Part shown: positions 41,957-52,609 of the stretch, in pieces
Layout: every line of letters starts with the position of its first letter
Position numbering within the stretch: position 1 is the first letter of the stretch
Assembly: GCA_963707985.1 (NCBI GenBank)
Contig: CAVPRW010000020.1
Span: 32,001-96,000, forward strand
DNA from: an uncultured Nitrospinota bacterium
GTDB lineage: Bacteria; Tectomicrobia; Entotheonellia; J063; CAVPRW01
Direction of reading: 5' to 3'
DNA: 64,000 nucleotides
Notes under the pieces: generated by a model
Told to the model about the DNA's origin: nothing
What the model saw: the letters and a program-made list of their open reading frames with translations, nothing else
Database searches by the model: none
Position numbers and translations under genes: made by a program

Positions 41957-42677
41957 GCGAGGGACTACTTGGTCCTAGGCCCGCCGGTCGAGCCGCGGAA
42001 GCGGTGCCTGTGACATGCCCGCCGCGGCGACCGGCGAGCTCTGCTTTACACTCCCGATGCTTGCTTCTGGCTTTCCCCTCTGGGAGGAGTGGTCATGCCC
42101 AAACCCTTCTTTCAGCGCCTGCAGTTGGAACCCATCCATGTGGCCTTCGAGGACATCATCCCGGCAGCGTCCACGGCGGCCCGGGTGCAGCAACGCGCCG
42201 TCTACAAGGACCTGATCCACAAGTAGGGCCATTTCCTCACAGAAACGATCCGAGAGAGGGTTGAGAGCCGGTTGCGTCCGTATCGGCAGCGGGCTTGGTG
42301 TGCCTTCCGGCGCCTGACCCCGCCGCACGCATAGCCTGACGGGGGCAACTCCTTCAGTGCGTACAGTGGTGGACGTTGGTCGAAGGAACTGGGGCAGGAG
42401 CCTGCACCCACTGTTGCCAGGCGCACACATTGATGCAGAGCTGTTGCTCAGATAACAGTTGGCAGGTCCAACGATCCCTTTTGGCCAGATGTCTATAACA
42501 CGTCATGACGCAATCCTCAGCCACTTCACGCCCCCTAAGACAGCTTGGCATCTACTGTGCAGCCTGTCGTCTTGGCAGATGATACCCGGCTTTGGCCAAG
42601 GCAAGCTCGGCGCTCATCGTGAGATGCTGTCCGGATAACTCTGACGCCCGACTAGGGAAATGGTGAGGAGATAGACT

Positions 42678-42908
42678 ATGCTGATCGAATCCATCGTGGT
42701 GGGCATGGGGGCTTTACTCATCTGCGTCAGCGCGGTCATGATCTCTCTACGCCCTCCGCAGTGCCCCACGTGCCTCATTCCGCTGCAAACCGTCGAGGAA
42801 ACGATACGAGATTTGGGGCCATATGGGGTGGAGACGGCCACGTATTACGAGTGCTCTGACTGTTATCGAGATCTGCGTCGCGTCTTCATTCTTACCCATA
42901 TAGGGTAG
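42678..42908 (+). CDS. Small membrane-anchored Zn-ribbon protein
   Basis: RBS GAGGAG; TM segment; CPTC...CSDC. Confidence 0.65.
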   Translation: MLIESIVVGMGALLICVSAVMISLRPPQCPTCLIPLQTVEETIRDLGPYGVETATYYECSDCYRDLRRVFILTHIG

Positions 42909-43005
42909 GTCAGTGCTGGAGCGCTCTGACCTCGGTACTAAGGGATCGTTACAGCTCGACGGGGCACAGATGAGATGTGATGGAGCTCTGATCGGTGGTG
43001 CGATC

Positions 43006-43416
43006 TCATCTTCGGGCGACGAGAAGCGGCATGATGCCAAACACCCCCAGCATCACGATGTATACCGTTCCCGACACGGGATCTCGGCTTGCGAAATAGT
43101 CTTCCATCGAAAGACCCTGCAGCCAGAGGACCACCGTGAATTCCGCGACCAGCAACAGACCTAGTGCGATTAGACCAATGCCAAACCGTTGAGACGGGAT
43201 TGGTGGCACCGCGAGATGTCGAACTGTCCAGCGCGCCGCGAAAGTGATGACAACGAACATGACGGGCATCTCGATTAACTCAGCCGGCCTCGTGCCGAAA
43301 GCCGGCGCTGCCCACAGGATGCGAATGGGCCCAAGCACGAAACCAGCTCCAAACACCAGAACGAAATAGAGCAGGCCGGCTTGTAGAATCTGTATGACGA
43401 CTCGTGACCTTCGCAT
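43006..43416 (-). CDS. Conserved hypothetical membrane protein (4 TM)
   Basis: YFVLVFGAGFVLGPIR, AELIEMP, RDPVSG. Confidence 0.75.
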   Translation of the reverse strand: MRRSRVVIQILQAGLLYFVLVFGAGFVLGPIRILWAAPAFGTRPAELIEMPVMFVVITFAARWTVRHLAVPPIPSQRFGIGLIALGLLLVAEFTVVLWLQGLSMEDYFASRDPVSGTVYIVMLGVFGIMPLLVARR

Positions 43417-43820
43417 ACGCCAGGTATCCTACTCGCTCAGCATTCAGGTCCGTCGACCCAAGCCTTCGTTAGACCAGCTCTGACATCATCCAGGCTGACC
43501 AAGATTGCTTATCTGCAAAAATAATCCAGCGCCTCAAGCCTTTGCGAGAGGCGCTCGATCTCCACGTCCGCCCCGCATGATCGAAGCAAGATAGCTCTTG
43601 TCTCCCTCTTCGGGGAGCCACCACAGCTGCAAACCCCTGGATAGCCGCAAGGCCGTTGACAGCCCTTGGACGTCAGACTATTGTTGCCTCAAACATGCCA
43701 GGCTGCCCTGAATATCTGCCTATTTCTTCTCTTCGCACGCGACAGCGAAGGCTCGGGCAGAACCGAGAAGGGAGGATGGGCCTGTGACCTGCCTCTCCGA
43801 ACCTAATTTCGGCACTTATT

Positions 43821-43854
43821 CCCCCTCTCCCGCCGGGAGAGGGCAGGGTGAGGG
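43821..43854. repeat. REP-like hairpin CCCTCTCCC-GCC-GGGAGAGGG-CAGGGTGAGGG
   Basis: Perfect stem; related to the copy at 341-371. Confidence 0.6.
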
Positions 43855-43955
43855 CCAAATAGAGCATGGGGAACAGTTACGGCTGAAAGTTTGCCATACG
43901 CGAATCTGAAAACCGCTATAAGTTGGTTCAGGCCTGGGCTCATGGAGGCGAAAAG

Positions 43956-45035
43956 ATGCTAGATGAGCACATCAAATCTCCGGCGGATGCGGCAGCGGTG
44001 CAGTTTGGTATCTTCGACTGGATCGATCGGAATCAGCTATCGCTTCCTGACCTGTACGAGCAGCGCCTGCAATGCCTGGAATACGCCGACGAGGCCGGCT
44101 TTTACTGCTACCATCTCGCCGAGCACCAAGCCACGCCGCTGGGCATGGCCCCCTCACCCAGTCTATTCCTATCAGCTGCCATCCAGCGTACCCATCGCCT
44201 GCGCTTGGGGCCACTGGTCTATCTGCTGCCGCTCTACAACCCTCTCCGACTCATCCAGGAAATCTGTATGCTGGACAACATGAGCCGCGGCAGACTGGAA
44301 GTTGGCGTCGGCCGTGGGGTTTCTCCCTACGAGCTGGCCTTCTACCAGGTGACTCCACAGCAAGCCCGCACCATGTTCCGGGAAGCGTTGGATATCCTCA
44401 CCTCGGGCCTGACCAGCGGCGAGGTCTCCTACGCCGGCGAGTACTACACGTTCAAGCCCGTACGGCTGCACATCGAGCCCTTCCAGCGTCCCTATCCGCC
44501 TCTCTGGTATCCTACCGACAACACCAACTCGATCAGGTGGTTGGCCGAGGAGGGACTCAACACCATCACGCATTACCCCCCCATGACCACCATGCGTGAG
44601 CTGTTTGACCTCTATAAACAGGTCTGGCAGGAGCACCAGACCAATCCGAAGCGCTTGAACGCGCACGTGGCCGCACCCAAATACGGCATCGTCCGACATG
44701 TCTATGTTGCCGAGACTGACGCCCAGGCCCTGCAAGAAGCGAAGGCCGCCTTTGCCGCCTTCATCTACAACTTCAACTATCTGCGCCTGGTGAACGGTGA
44801 TACAAGCGGCCGGGCAGCGTACCTGGCGGACTTTGACGCACGCCTGGCCGAGGGGCTGCACATCGTCGGCTCGCCTGACACCGTCAAAAAGCGGGTACAG
44901 GAGCACTTGCAGATTACCGGTTCGAACTACTTCGTCGGCTCGTTCTGCTTTGGCACCCTCACTCATGCGCAAACGCTGCGCTCCCTGCGCCTGTTCGCCG
45001 AGGAGGTCATGCCGGCCGTTCGCGGCCCCGAGTAG
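43956..45035 (+). CDS. LLM-class flavin-dependent oxidoreductase
   Basis: YHLAEHQ, LDNMSRGRLEVGVGRG, PFQRPYPPLW, VGSPD, LFAEEVMP. Confidence 0.92.
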   Translation: MLDEHIKSPADAAAVQFGIFDWIDRNQLSLPDLYEQRLQCLEYADEAGFYCYHLAEHQATPLGMAPSPSLFLSAAIQRTHRLRLGPLVYLLPLYNPLRLIQEICMLDNMSRGRLEVGVGRGVSPYELAFYQVTPQQARTMFREALDILTSGLTSGEVSYAGEYYTFKPVRLHIEPFQRPYPPLWYPTDNTNSIRWLAEEGLNTITHYPPMTTMRELFDLYKQVWQEHQTNPKRLNAHVAAPKYGIVRHVYVAETDAQALQEAKAAFAAFIYNFNYLRLVNGDTSGRAAYLADFDARLAEGLHIVGSPDTVKKRVQEHLQITGSNYFVGSFCFGTLTHAQTLRSLRLFAEEVMPAVRGPE

Positions 45036-45105
45036 AGGAGGTGAGAAAGCCGCTCCCCGGCGGATGTGCGGAGCGACTGTTGAGGGAATATGCAACCTCG
45101 CGCCG

Positions 45106-48100
45106 TCATGATCTATCCCCGAGCACCTCGACGAACTCGGCCACGACCTGCAACTCGCCCTCCTCCGCAGCCGTGAGCTCGATGGGCTGGAAGTCCGGGT
45201 TGACGGGCTTCAGGGTGATTCGGATGTGACGCCAGGAGTCGCCATCCACGACCTTCTCGCTCTCGTAGCGCTTGACGGTGTAGCGCTCGCCGGTCTCGGG
45301 ATCGATGGCGTCGCGCAGTTGCACGAGCACGGTCTTGCCCTGGCGCGTGCCGGTGACGGGGCGCGCGAAGAGGCAGTACGAGCCGTCGGGGATGGCGGGC
45401 TCCATCGACTTGCCGACGACCTGGGCGACGAACATGCCCGGGCGCAGGCGGCGCTTCGACTCGACGGCGACCCACTCCCAGCCGTCGTCCTCGACGTGCT
45501 GCGGATCGCTGAACGCTCCGGCAGCGGCCTTGAGCGGGACGAGCGGCACGCAGGTGACGTAGCGCTCCTCGGGGCGTGGTTCGACGATCCGGAGCCTTGG
45601 CCGCGTTCGGTGACACCGTCCATGGGTGCCGCGGCAGTGCGCTCTCGCAGCCGCGTCGCTGCGCAGCCGCCGTGTACGCCTCCGAGGCCATCCAGGCGGT
45701 GACGATCTTCTGAAACGGCAGATCGTTCATGAACCGCACGAAGATCTCCTCGTTCTGATCCATGCGCTCGACGAAGAGATTCTCGAGCAGGTTCTTGAAC
45801 ACCAGCTCGAACTTGTCGCCGGGATTCACCGCCGCCGCCTGCCGCAGGCCGTCGTCGGCCATGGCCGCCTCGACGATCTGATCGAAGAAGAGCTGGTCGG
45901 CCTGGTTGAAGTCCGTGCCGAAGCGCTCGTTCACGATGTCGATCAGCTGCGAGAGCGGCACCGGCTGCGTCGCGCACCAGGCCGCTGCCGACCTCCGTCG
46001 GGCCGTCGAGCGGCCGCGCCTCGCCCTCCTGCAGGCGAGATCGATCCCTCGCTGATCTTCTGCAGGCGGTAGTACTCCAGCCGCACCTCGTCGTCGAACT
46101 GGTACGCCGGGCCGCTGCTGCGCCGTCGGGCAGCTTCGCCGCCAGATGCCGGAGGAACACGTACAGCCGTTCGAGGTCCGAGTCCTGGTACGGAATGACC
46201 TGGCTCAGGAAGCCGTAGAGGTTGCGGAACGCCTGCACCTTGCCGCGCCAGAGCTCCGCCTCCTCCTCGTCGTCCTTCTGGCAGCACCGCGAAGCGCGAC
46301 ACCGCCGGATCGAGCGCCGCGTTCATCGCCTGATGATCCATCGGCGCTCTGCCGCTGCTTCGGCTTGAAGTAGACGGCGCAGAAGCGCTCGACCTCCTCG
46401 GCCAGGTAGATGCCCGACGCATCCAGCTCGCCCTTGATCTGGTACATGCGGGCCGGGTCGACTTCCTCGCCCATCTCCGCGCCTTCGTAGTAGGTCTTGA
46501 ACGCCTCGCGGATCTCCTCGCGGTCGTTCACGAAGTCGAGGACGAAGGTGTCTTCCTTGAGCGGATGGATGCGGTTCAGGCGCGAGAGCGTCTGCACGGC
46601 CTGAATGCCCGCCAGCCGCTTGTCCACATACATCGTGTGCAGCAGCGGCTGATCGAAGCCGGTCTGGTACTTCTCCGCCACGAGCAGCACCTGGTACTCC
46701 TGCGTCGCGAACTTCTCCGGCAGCTCCTTCTCCCGGATGCCGTGGTTCATGCCTCTCTTCGGTGTAGGTCACGTCCGGCGAGCTTGTCGTCCTGCACCGT
46801 GCCGGAGAACGCCACCAGCGTCTTGATGGCGTAGCCCTTCTCCTGGATGTACCGGTCGAAGCTCTGCTTGTAGCGCACGGCTTCCAGGCGCGAGCCGGTC
46901 ACCACCATCGCCTTGGCCCGGCCGCCGATCTTGTGGCGCGTGACGGCGCTGGAAGTGCTCGACCATCACCTCGGTCTTCTGCGCGATGTTGTGCGGGTGC
47001 AGCCTCATGAAGCGCGCCAGCGCCTGCGCCGCCTTCTTGCGCTCGACGTTCGGGATCGTCCTCGCAGGCCTTGAGCAGCTTGAAGTAGGTCGCGTAGGTC
47101 GTGTAGTGCTTCAGCACGTCGAGGATGAACTCTTCCTCGATCGCCTGCCGCATGGTGTAGCGGTGCGACGGGCTGCCCATCGCGGCCGAACACGGCGAGC
47201 GTCTTGTGCTTCGGCGTGGCGGTGAAGGCGAAGAAGCTCAGGTTCGCCTGCCGGCCGCGCTTGGCCATGCTGCGGAAGAGCTCCTCCATGTCCTCGCGGC
47301 CTTCCTCGGCCGCGCGCTTCTGCGCCTCCTCCCGCAGCCCCTCGCCGCCGAGCACCTCCTTGAGGTCGGTCGCCGTCTCGCCGCCCTGCGAGCTGTGCGC
47401 CTCGTCGATGATCACGGCGCAGCGCCGCGTCGGCAGCGTGCCCGTGCCGCTCGCGCCGCGCTCCTCGGCCATCTTGAGCAACTGTCGCGAGACGAACGGG
47501 AACTTCTGCAGCGTGGTGATGATGACCGGCACGGCGTTCTCGAGCGCCTCGGCCAGCTGCCGCGAGCTCTCGTCGATCTTCTGCACGACGCCGCGCTTGT
47601 GCTCGAACTGGTAGATCGTGTCCTGCAAGCTGCTGGTCGAGCACCACGCGGTCGGTCACCACGATCACGCTGTCGAAGACCCGCTGGTTCGTCGGCGTCG
47701 TGCAGCGACGCCAGCCGATGCGCCAGCCAGCCGATGGTGTTGCTCTTGCCGCTGCCCGCCGAGTGCTCGACGAGGTAGTTGTGCCCCACGCCCTCGCTGC
47801 CGCGCCGCGTCCACCAGCATGCGCACCGCCTGAAGCTGGTGGTAGCGCGGGAAGATCATCGTCTCCGTCTTGACCTTGCGGCCCTGGTCGTCGCGCTTCT
47901 CCTCGATCTGCAGGTGGATGAAGCGCGCCAGCAGGTCGAGCAGGCTGTCCCGCTGCAGCACCTCCTCCCACAGATAGGCCGTGCGATAGGTCCGCCCGGC
48001 CGGATCCGGCGGGTTGCCGGCGCCGCCGTCGCAGCCCTTGTTGAAGGGCAGGAAGTGCGTCGCCGTGCCCGCCAGCCGCGTGGTCATCAGCACCGACTCG

Positions 48101-48685
48101 GTGTCCACGGCGAAGTGGACCAGCGTGCGCCGCTTGAACTCGAAGATCGGCTCGCGCGGGTCGCGGTCCTGCTTGTACTGCCGGCGCGCATCCTCCACCG
48201 TCTGGCCCGGTGAGCGGGTTCTTCAGCTCCACCGTGGCGACGGGGATGCCGTTCAGGCTGAGCGTGACGTCGAGCGACTTCTCCGAGCGCGGCGAGAAGT
48301 GAAGCTGCCGGGTGAGCCCCAGGCGGTTCGCCGCGTAGCGCGCCTCCAGCTCCGGGTTCAGCTCGTGCGCCGCCTTGAAGAAGGCCACGTGCAGCGTCCG
48401 CCCGTAGCACTTGAAGCCGTGGCGCAGCGTCGCCAGCGACGCCGTTGGCGTCCATCCACTTGCACAGGTCGCCGAGGATCTGCTCGCCGGTCTTCTCGCC
48501 GTGCAGCGCCTCCAGCTTGGCCCACTCCTTCGGCTGGGTCTCGCGGATGAAGGCGAGCACCGTCTCGGGGAAGATCGCGCGCTCGCGGTCGAAGCCGTCG
48601 CGGCTCGACGGTCACGTAGCCGTTGGCTGAGGAGGTGCGCTTCGATGACGGTCTCGAAGGCGGCTTCGCTATGTCGCTGGCTCAT
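45106..48685 (-). CDS. hsdR: Type I restriction subunit R with C-terminal S24/LexA-like peptidase domain; multiple frameshifts (possibly sequencing errors)
   Basis: VELKN nuclease motif, [40 protein letters not shown]-terminal VVGKSMEP...TVKRY. Confidence 0.88.
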
Positions 48686-48733
48686 ACCCTTGCTCCATCT
48701 GCAAGGCCATCGGGATTCCACTGGCCCACTGTC

Positions 48734-49154
48734 CTATGCCTTCAGCAGACATATAAAGCCTGCTTGCTCAAAGTGGTGATCTGTGGTGAAGGCATCGTGG
48801 AGACCATACTGCTGCATGACCACAAAACTCACACAGTCGACGAGACTCCACTCCTTGTCCGGGCGCTCGGTAAACAACTGCCACGCCTGAGCATCGAGTG
48901 TTGGGTCCACATGCACAATGTCCACGTATGGCGAAGCTTTCAATCCCGTAATGAACGCAACGATTTGTGTATGTGGAATCCGGAGCGGACTCATCAGGAG
49001 CGCTACGAGTTCCGTGAGGATGTAGTTTGTGGTGATGAACGATGCGTCCCTGTTGCCGGGCACCACGGTAGATGGTTGCCGCACGGTGGTGATACGCCTG
49101 TGTGGCATCAACAAGATGTCCCCATCCAGCGGTGTCTGCAAAGATATCAGGCAT
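48734..49154 (-). CDS. PIN-domain (VapC-like) toxin; one frameshift
   Basis: IFADTAGW, TTNYILTE, WSLVDCVSFVVM, FTTDHHFEQAGF. Confidence 0.85.
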
Positions 49155-49415
49155 CAGGCTGATCTTTAGATGTCGCAGGGTCCATGGAACCCTGGCGGCC
49201 TTCCCCAGGTATGCATCATGCTGATCGGCCCAGTCGGCAGCATGGCTGCGGAAGGCACCAATAAATTGCTCTAACGGGTCGTCAACCCGGTGCTGGGTAG
49301 CAGTAGCTAATAACTGGACCGCGACAGCTTCGGGCGGTTGGCCAGTCTGCTCTGCCTGTTGGATTAATGCTTGATACACATCTTCTGGCACGTCTAACGT
49401 GAGCGTGTGACCCAT
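49147..49415 (-). CDS. Putative antitoxin of the PIN toxin
   Basis: LTLDVPEDVYQAL...DPLEQFIGAF...WADQHDAYLG; upstream of and overlapping the PIN gene. Confidence 0.75.
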
Positions 49416-49561
49416 CTGGCTTTCCTCCATAGATGTTTTTCTTCGTATAACAATAGCATAGGAGGAGGCGTCTAACACCGCATTTTACCGCCACATTTTC
49501 CGTGCAAAGTATCCTCCGTGCTCTCGCGTATGGTAATTCTGCTGGTCACCGCAGCGGCTAT

Positions 49562-49705
49562 AAGCGCGGCGAGAAGTGCAGTTGCCCGGTCAGCCCCAAG
49601 CAATTCGCGGCGTAGCACGCCTCCAGCTCTGGGTTCAGCTCATGCGCCGCTTTGAAGTAGGCCGCGTGCAGCGGTCCGCCCATACCACTTGAAGCCGTGG
49701 CGTCA
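49562..49705 (-). pseudogene. Degenerate duplicate of the hsdR 5' region
   Basis: [43 protein letters not shown] versus [45 protein letters not shown] at about 48290-48425. Confidence 0.85.
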
Positions 49706-49764
49706 TGTCCCAGCGCGTGTTAGGCTTGGCCGCTGCGCCCGTGTCGTGTTCCTGGATGGTGTTG

Positions 49765-50067
49765 TTAAGCCACATGGACACGGACTTCCTGATCCAATCT
49801 GTCAGCCAGGGCTTCACGCGTGGTTTCGAGATCGTACCGCGTTTGGAGGTTCATCCAGAATTGCGCCTCCATCCCAAAGAAGCGGCCCAATCGCAGGGCT
49901 GTATCTGCCGTGATCCCTCGCTTCCCATGGACAATCTCGTTAATGCGACGCGGCGGCACCCCGATCGCTTGGGCCAGGTGGTATTGGCTGATCTGCATTG
50001 GCTTCAGAAAATCCTCAAGCAGAATCTCCCCAGGATGGATCGGCGGAAAGTCGCGCTTGGTCATCAT
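49765..50067 (-). CDS. higA: HigA antitoxin (VapI family)
   Basis: PIHPGEILLEDFL, RINEIVHGKRGITADTALRL, FWMNLQ. Confidence 0.93.
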   Translation of the reverse strand: MMTKRDFPPIHPGEILLEDFLKPMQISQYHLAQAIGVPPRRINEIVHGKRGITADTALRLGRFFGMEAQFWMNLQTRYDLETTREALADRLDQEVRVHVA

Positions 50068-50073
50068 TTCACC

Positions 50074-50355
50074 TCAGTGATAGTCAACAATTTCCACGTC
50101 ATACGCGTCACCGTCACGCCACACAAAACACACGCGCCACTGATCGTTCACACGCATACTATGCTGTCCCTGGCGATCATGGGTCAACGCCTCGAGTCGG
50201 TTGCCAGGTGGCACGCGTAAGGTATCCAGCACAGTGGCCGCGTTGAGTTGTTCCAGCTTGCGTGCGGCTACCCGGTGCATGCTCTGCGGCAATTTGCGAG
50301 AGAATTGTCCGTGGAAGATCTTTTCGGCTTCCGTACACTTGAACGATTTGATCAT
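50074..50355 (-). CDS. higB: HigB toxin (RelE/plasmid maintenance killer family)
   Basis: MIKSFK, LRVPPGNRLEAL, GQHSMRVNDQWRVCF, VEIVDYH. Confidence 0.93.
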   Translation of the reverse strand: MIKSFKCTEAEKIFHGQFSRKLPQSMHRVAARKLEQLNAATVLDTLRVPPGNRLEALTHDRQGQHSMRVNDQWRVCFVWRDGDAYDVEIVDYH

Positions 50356-50361
50356 GCATAT

Positions 50362-50398
50362 AACATAACACTTCCCGTTAATAACGCCAAGCGTTATT
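50362..50398 (-). promoter_or_regulatory. higBA promoter/operator
   Basis: Bottom strand TTGGCG-17 bp-TATGTT just before ATG; palindrome AATAACGC-N3-GCGTTATT. Confidence 0.6.
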
Positions 50399-50590
50399 GA
50401 TGAGCGAAAGGCTTTCTGGAGAAAATGCTCGCTCTGTTGGTATGGGAAGCCTAACTACTGGCTTTCGACGCTTCGGTTAGATTCCCGGCACACGCATAAA
50501 ACGTGTCTAGGCAAGGGCTTGCGTGAGTATTTTGGTGTCCGCCGGCTGGCTCCAGTTACATTGCGCTACATGCTTCTCAAGCCCAGAAGG

Positions 50591-50635
50591 GACGACGGTT
50601 TCGAAGGCAGCTTCGGAGTATCTGGTCTGACTTAT
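50591..50635 (-). pseudogene. Relic of the hsdR start, coupled to the HNH stop codon
   Basis: (I)[14 protein letters not shown] versus [14 protein letters not shown] at 48685. Confidence 0.75.
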
Positions 50636-51333
50636 CGCTGCGCCCTTTTGCTCTCCCGAATCGCCTCGACACGGGCGATATGCCTCTGCAGGGCCTGTTT
50701 GAGTGCGAAGCAAAACGGCTCAAGAGGACCCTGGTTCTGTTCCGCTGCCCTGAGGCCGTAGAGCCGTGCCCGTGCTCTATGTAGGTCAAGTGACGCTCGT
50801 CCTCTCCCACGCACTTCAAGAGTTGCATCAATTGCAGCCTTGCGAAATTGCTTCATCAGCACGTGATTGAGGCCCAATCGATCAATCGTCTTCGTAGCGG
50901 CGTCGTCTGTTGGGCTGCTTGCCCTGATTTCACCATTCAGAGTATAAGAGAACCTCTCCTCACAGCCTGGCCGAAGCGGCGACACAAACAGTGCTTCCTC
51001 TGTCGCGTCGGGCCATGATCCCTTCTTGTGCGCGCCGTACGGCAATCCCGGGGTGTTAGGCGCTGGCACGCACGCGAGCATGTTGGCGAAGGAAGCGTCC
51101 TCTCCGTTCATGCAGTGGGTCTGGGGCTTCGGGTGTTCGATATGGCAACTCATCTCGTTTATCCGGCGCCCTGTATAGGCACAGAGCCCGCCTTGCTCGG
51201 CCACGAGCGCTTGCCGGATCTCTCCTCGCAGGTTCGCCTCGATCAGGCCGTATCCGAAGTTCGGATCGTTCTGATGTGCCGCTCGCCACTGGGTCAGGCT
51301 CTGGGGCTCATTATTCTTCTGAATATGCCGCAT
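50632..51333 (-). CDS. HNH endonuclease, PtuB/TIGR02646-like
   Basis: MRHIQKNNEPQSL, LVAEQGGLCAYTGRRI, HIEHPKPQ, NMLAC, TIDRLGLN. Confidence 0.85.
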   Translation of the reverse strand: MRHIQKNNEPQSLTQWRAAHQNDPNFGYGLIEANLRGEIRQALVAEQGGLCAYTGRRINEMSCHIEHPKPQTHCMNGEDASFANMLACVPAPNTPGLPYGAHKKGSWPDATEEALFVSPLRPGCEERFSYTLNGEIRASSPTDDAATKTIDRLGLNHVLMKQFRKAAIDATLEVRGRGRASLDLHRARARLYGLRAAEQNQGPLEPFCFALKQALQRHIARVEAIRESKRAQR

Positions 51334-52609
51334 CGCCAAGCGCCTCGAGATTGTTGATGGTTGCTTCCAGCCCAACGACCACGGCATCGTCGCCATGCAG
51401 GAGCGTGCGCAGCTTCTCAAGTCGTTCCCGTGCCGATGCCAGATCGCCACGTTCGAGCGCATCCTCGACGGCATGGATCGCCTGCTGTCGCGGGCGCGGC
51501 TCTCGGCGCAGTTCCCATGATATGCTCGAGCACGTAGTTGGCATCCAGCCCATAAGCCTGCCCACAACGCTCCGGGACGATGCGGTCTCCCTCTTGGCGC
51601 AGAAGCAGCAGGCTTTCCGGCTGGACCTCGCTGATGATCTGCGGCGAGTGCGTCGTTGTCGACGAACTGGCACTTCGGGAAAGTCACCGTCAGTCGCGAG
51701 ACGATCTCCCGCTGCCAGCGGGGATGCATGTGCAAGTCGAGCTCGTCGATGAGCACGACGGCCTGTGCGTCTCGGGCCGGATGCTCAAGATCAGGGTTGA
51801 CCTGAGCCAGTCGGCGGGTGAGGTCGATCAGCACAGCCAGGAGCCCGCGCTCGCCATCGGAGAGCTGACTCAGATCGAGGGTTGTGCCGCGCTTGTCCAC
51901 GACGAGCCTTGGCTTGTCGCCGCCTTCTACCCGAAGGTTGTGGAACTCACCCAGGAAGGCTGGGAGTGCCTGCTCGACAGCACGGTTTGCGCGTGCAGGC
52001 CGCCCGTCGGTCTCTTCGAGCACGGCTTCCTTGCGCCAGAGCAGGGCGGCCTCTCCGAGACGCAGCCCACGGTCTTCAAGTGCCTCGGCGTATGCGGCGC
52101 CAAGTCCTCCAGCCGCCCGCGCCTTGCTCGCACCCTGCTCCAGGGTAAGCGATCGATGCGCAGAGTAGTAGACGACCAGCGGCGCATCGACGCCGCCTCG
52201 CTTCTTCGGCGATGCCGATGTGCCCACGCTGACTTCGTACTTGTCAGGTGTGTCGACGGCGTGCTCGCGCGGTCGCCCGTCCTCGTCGGCTGCTTGGCAC
52301 GAACTCGGCCACATTCTTCTGGGCGACGCACGTCGCTGTCGTGCCCCCGGGATCGAGGCCAACTGCCACTTCCGCACGGAGGTACGGCCAACCCCTCGCA
52401 ATGTCCTCCGGCTGGAACAAGAGGCGCTTCGCAGGCTTCTTCACGAGCCTGGCGAGCGTATGGGACAGCAGCACCCGGAGCGCCCAGAGCACGCTGGTCT
52501 TGCCGACGCCGTTCTCGCCGACGATGAGGGTGAAGCTGGGATCGAACTCGATGGGGGTGCGGCTCGCGAATCCGCGGTATTGCTCGACGGTGAGGCTCTT
52601 CAGGATCAT
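51311..52609 (-). CDS. ABC/SMC-like ATPase, PtuA-like; frameshifted
   Basis: Walker A GENGVGKT; QLSDGER; DLTRRLAQVNP; LIDELDLHMHPRWQ; FPKCQF. Confidence 0.88.

Noticed and set aside
48768..49478. Antitoxin-PIN fusion protein in the ORF track
   Set aside because: Better explained by single-base indels in an error-rich region; a separate PIN ATG and overlapping stop exist at 49147-49154.
50632..52609. Retron type I-A system
   Set aside because: No reverse transcriptase or msr/msd-like region is visible in the window.
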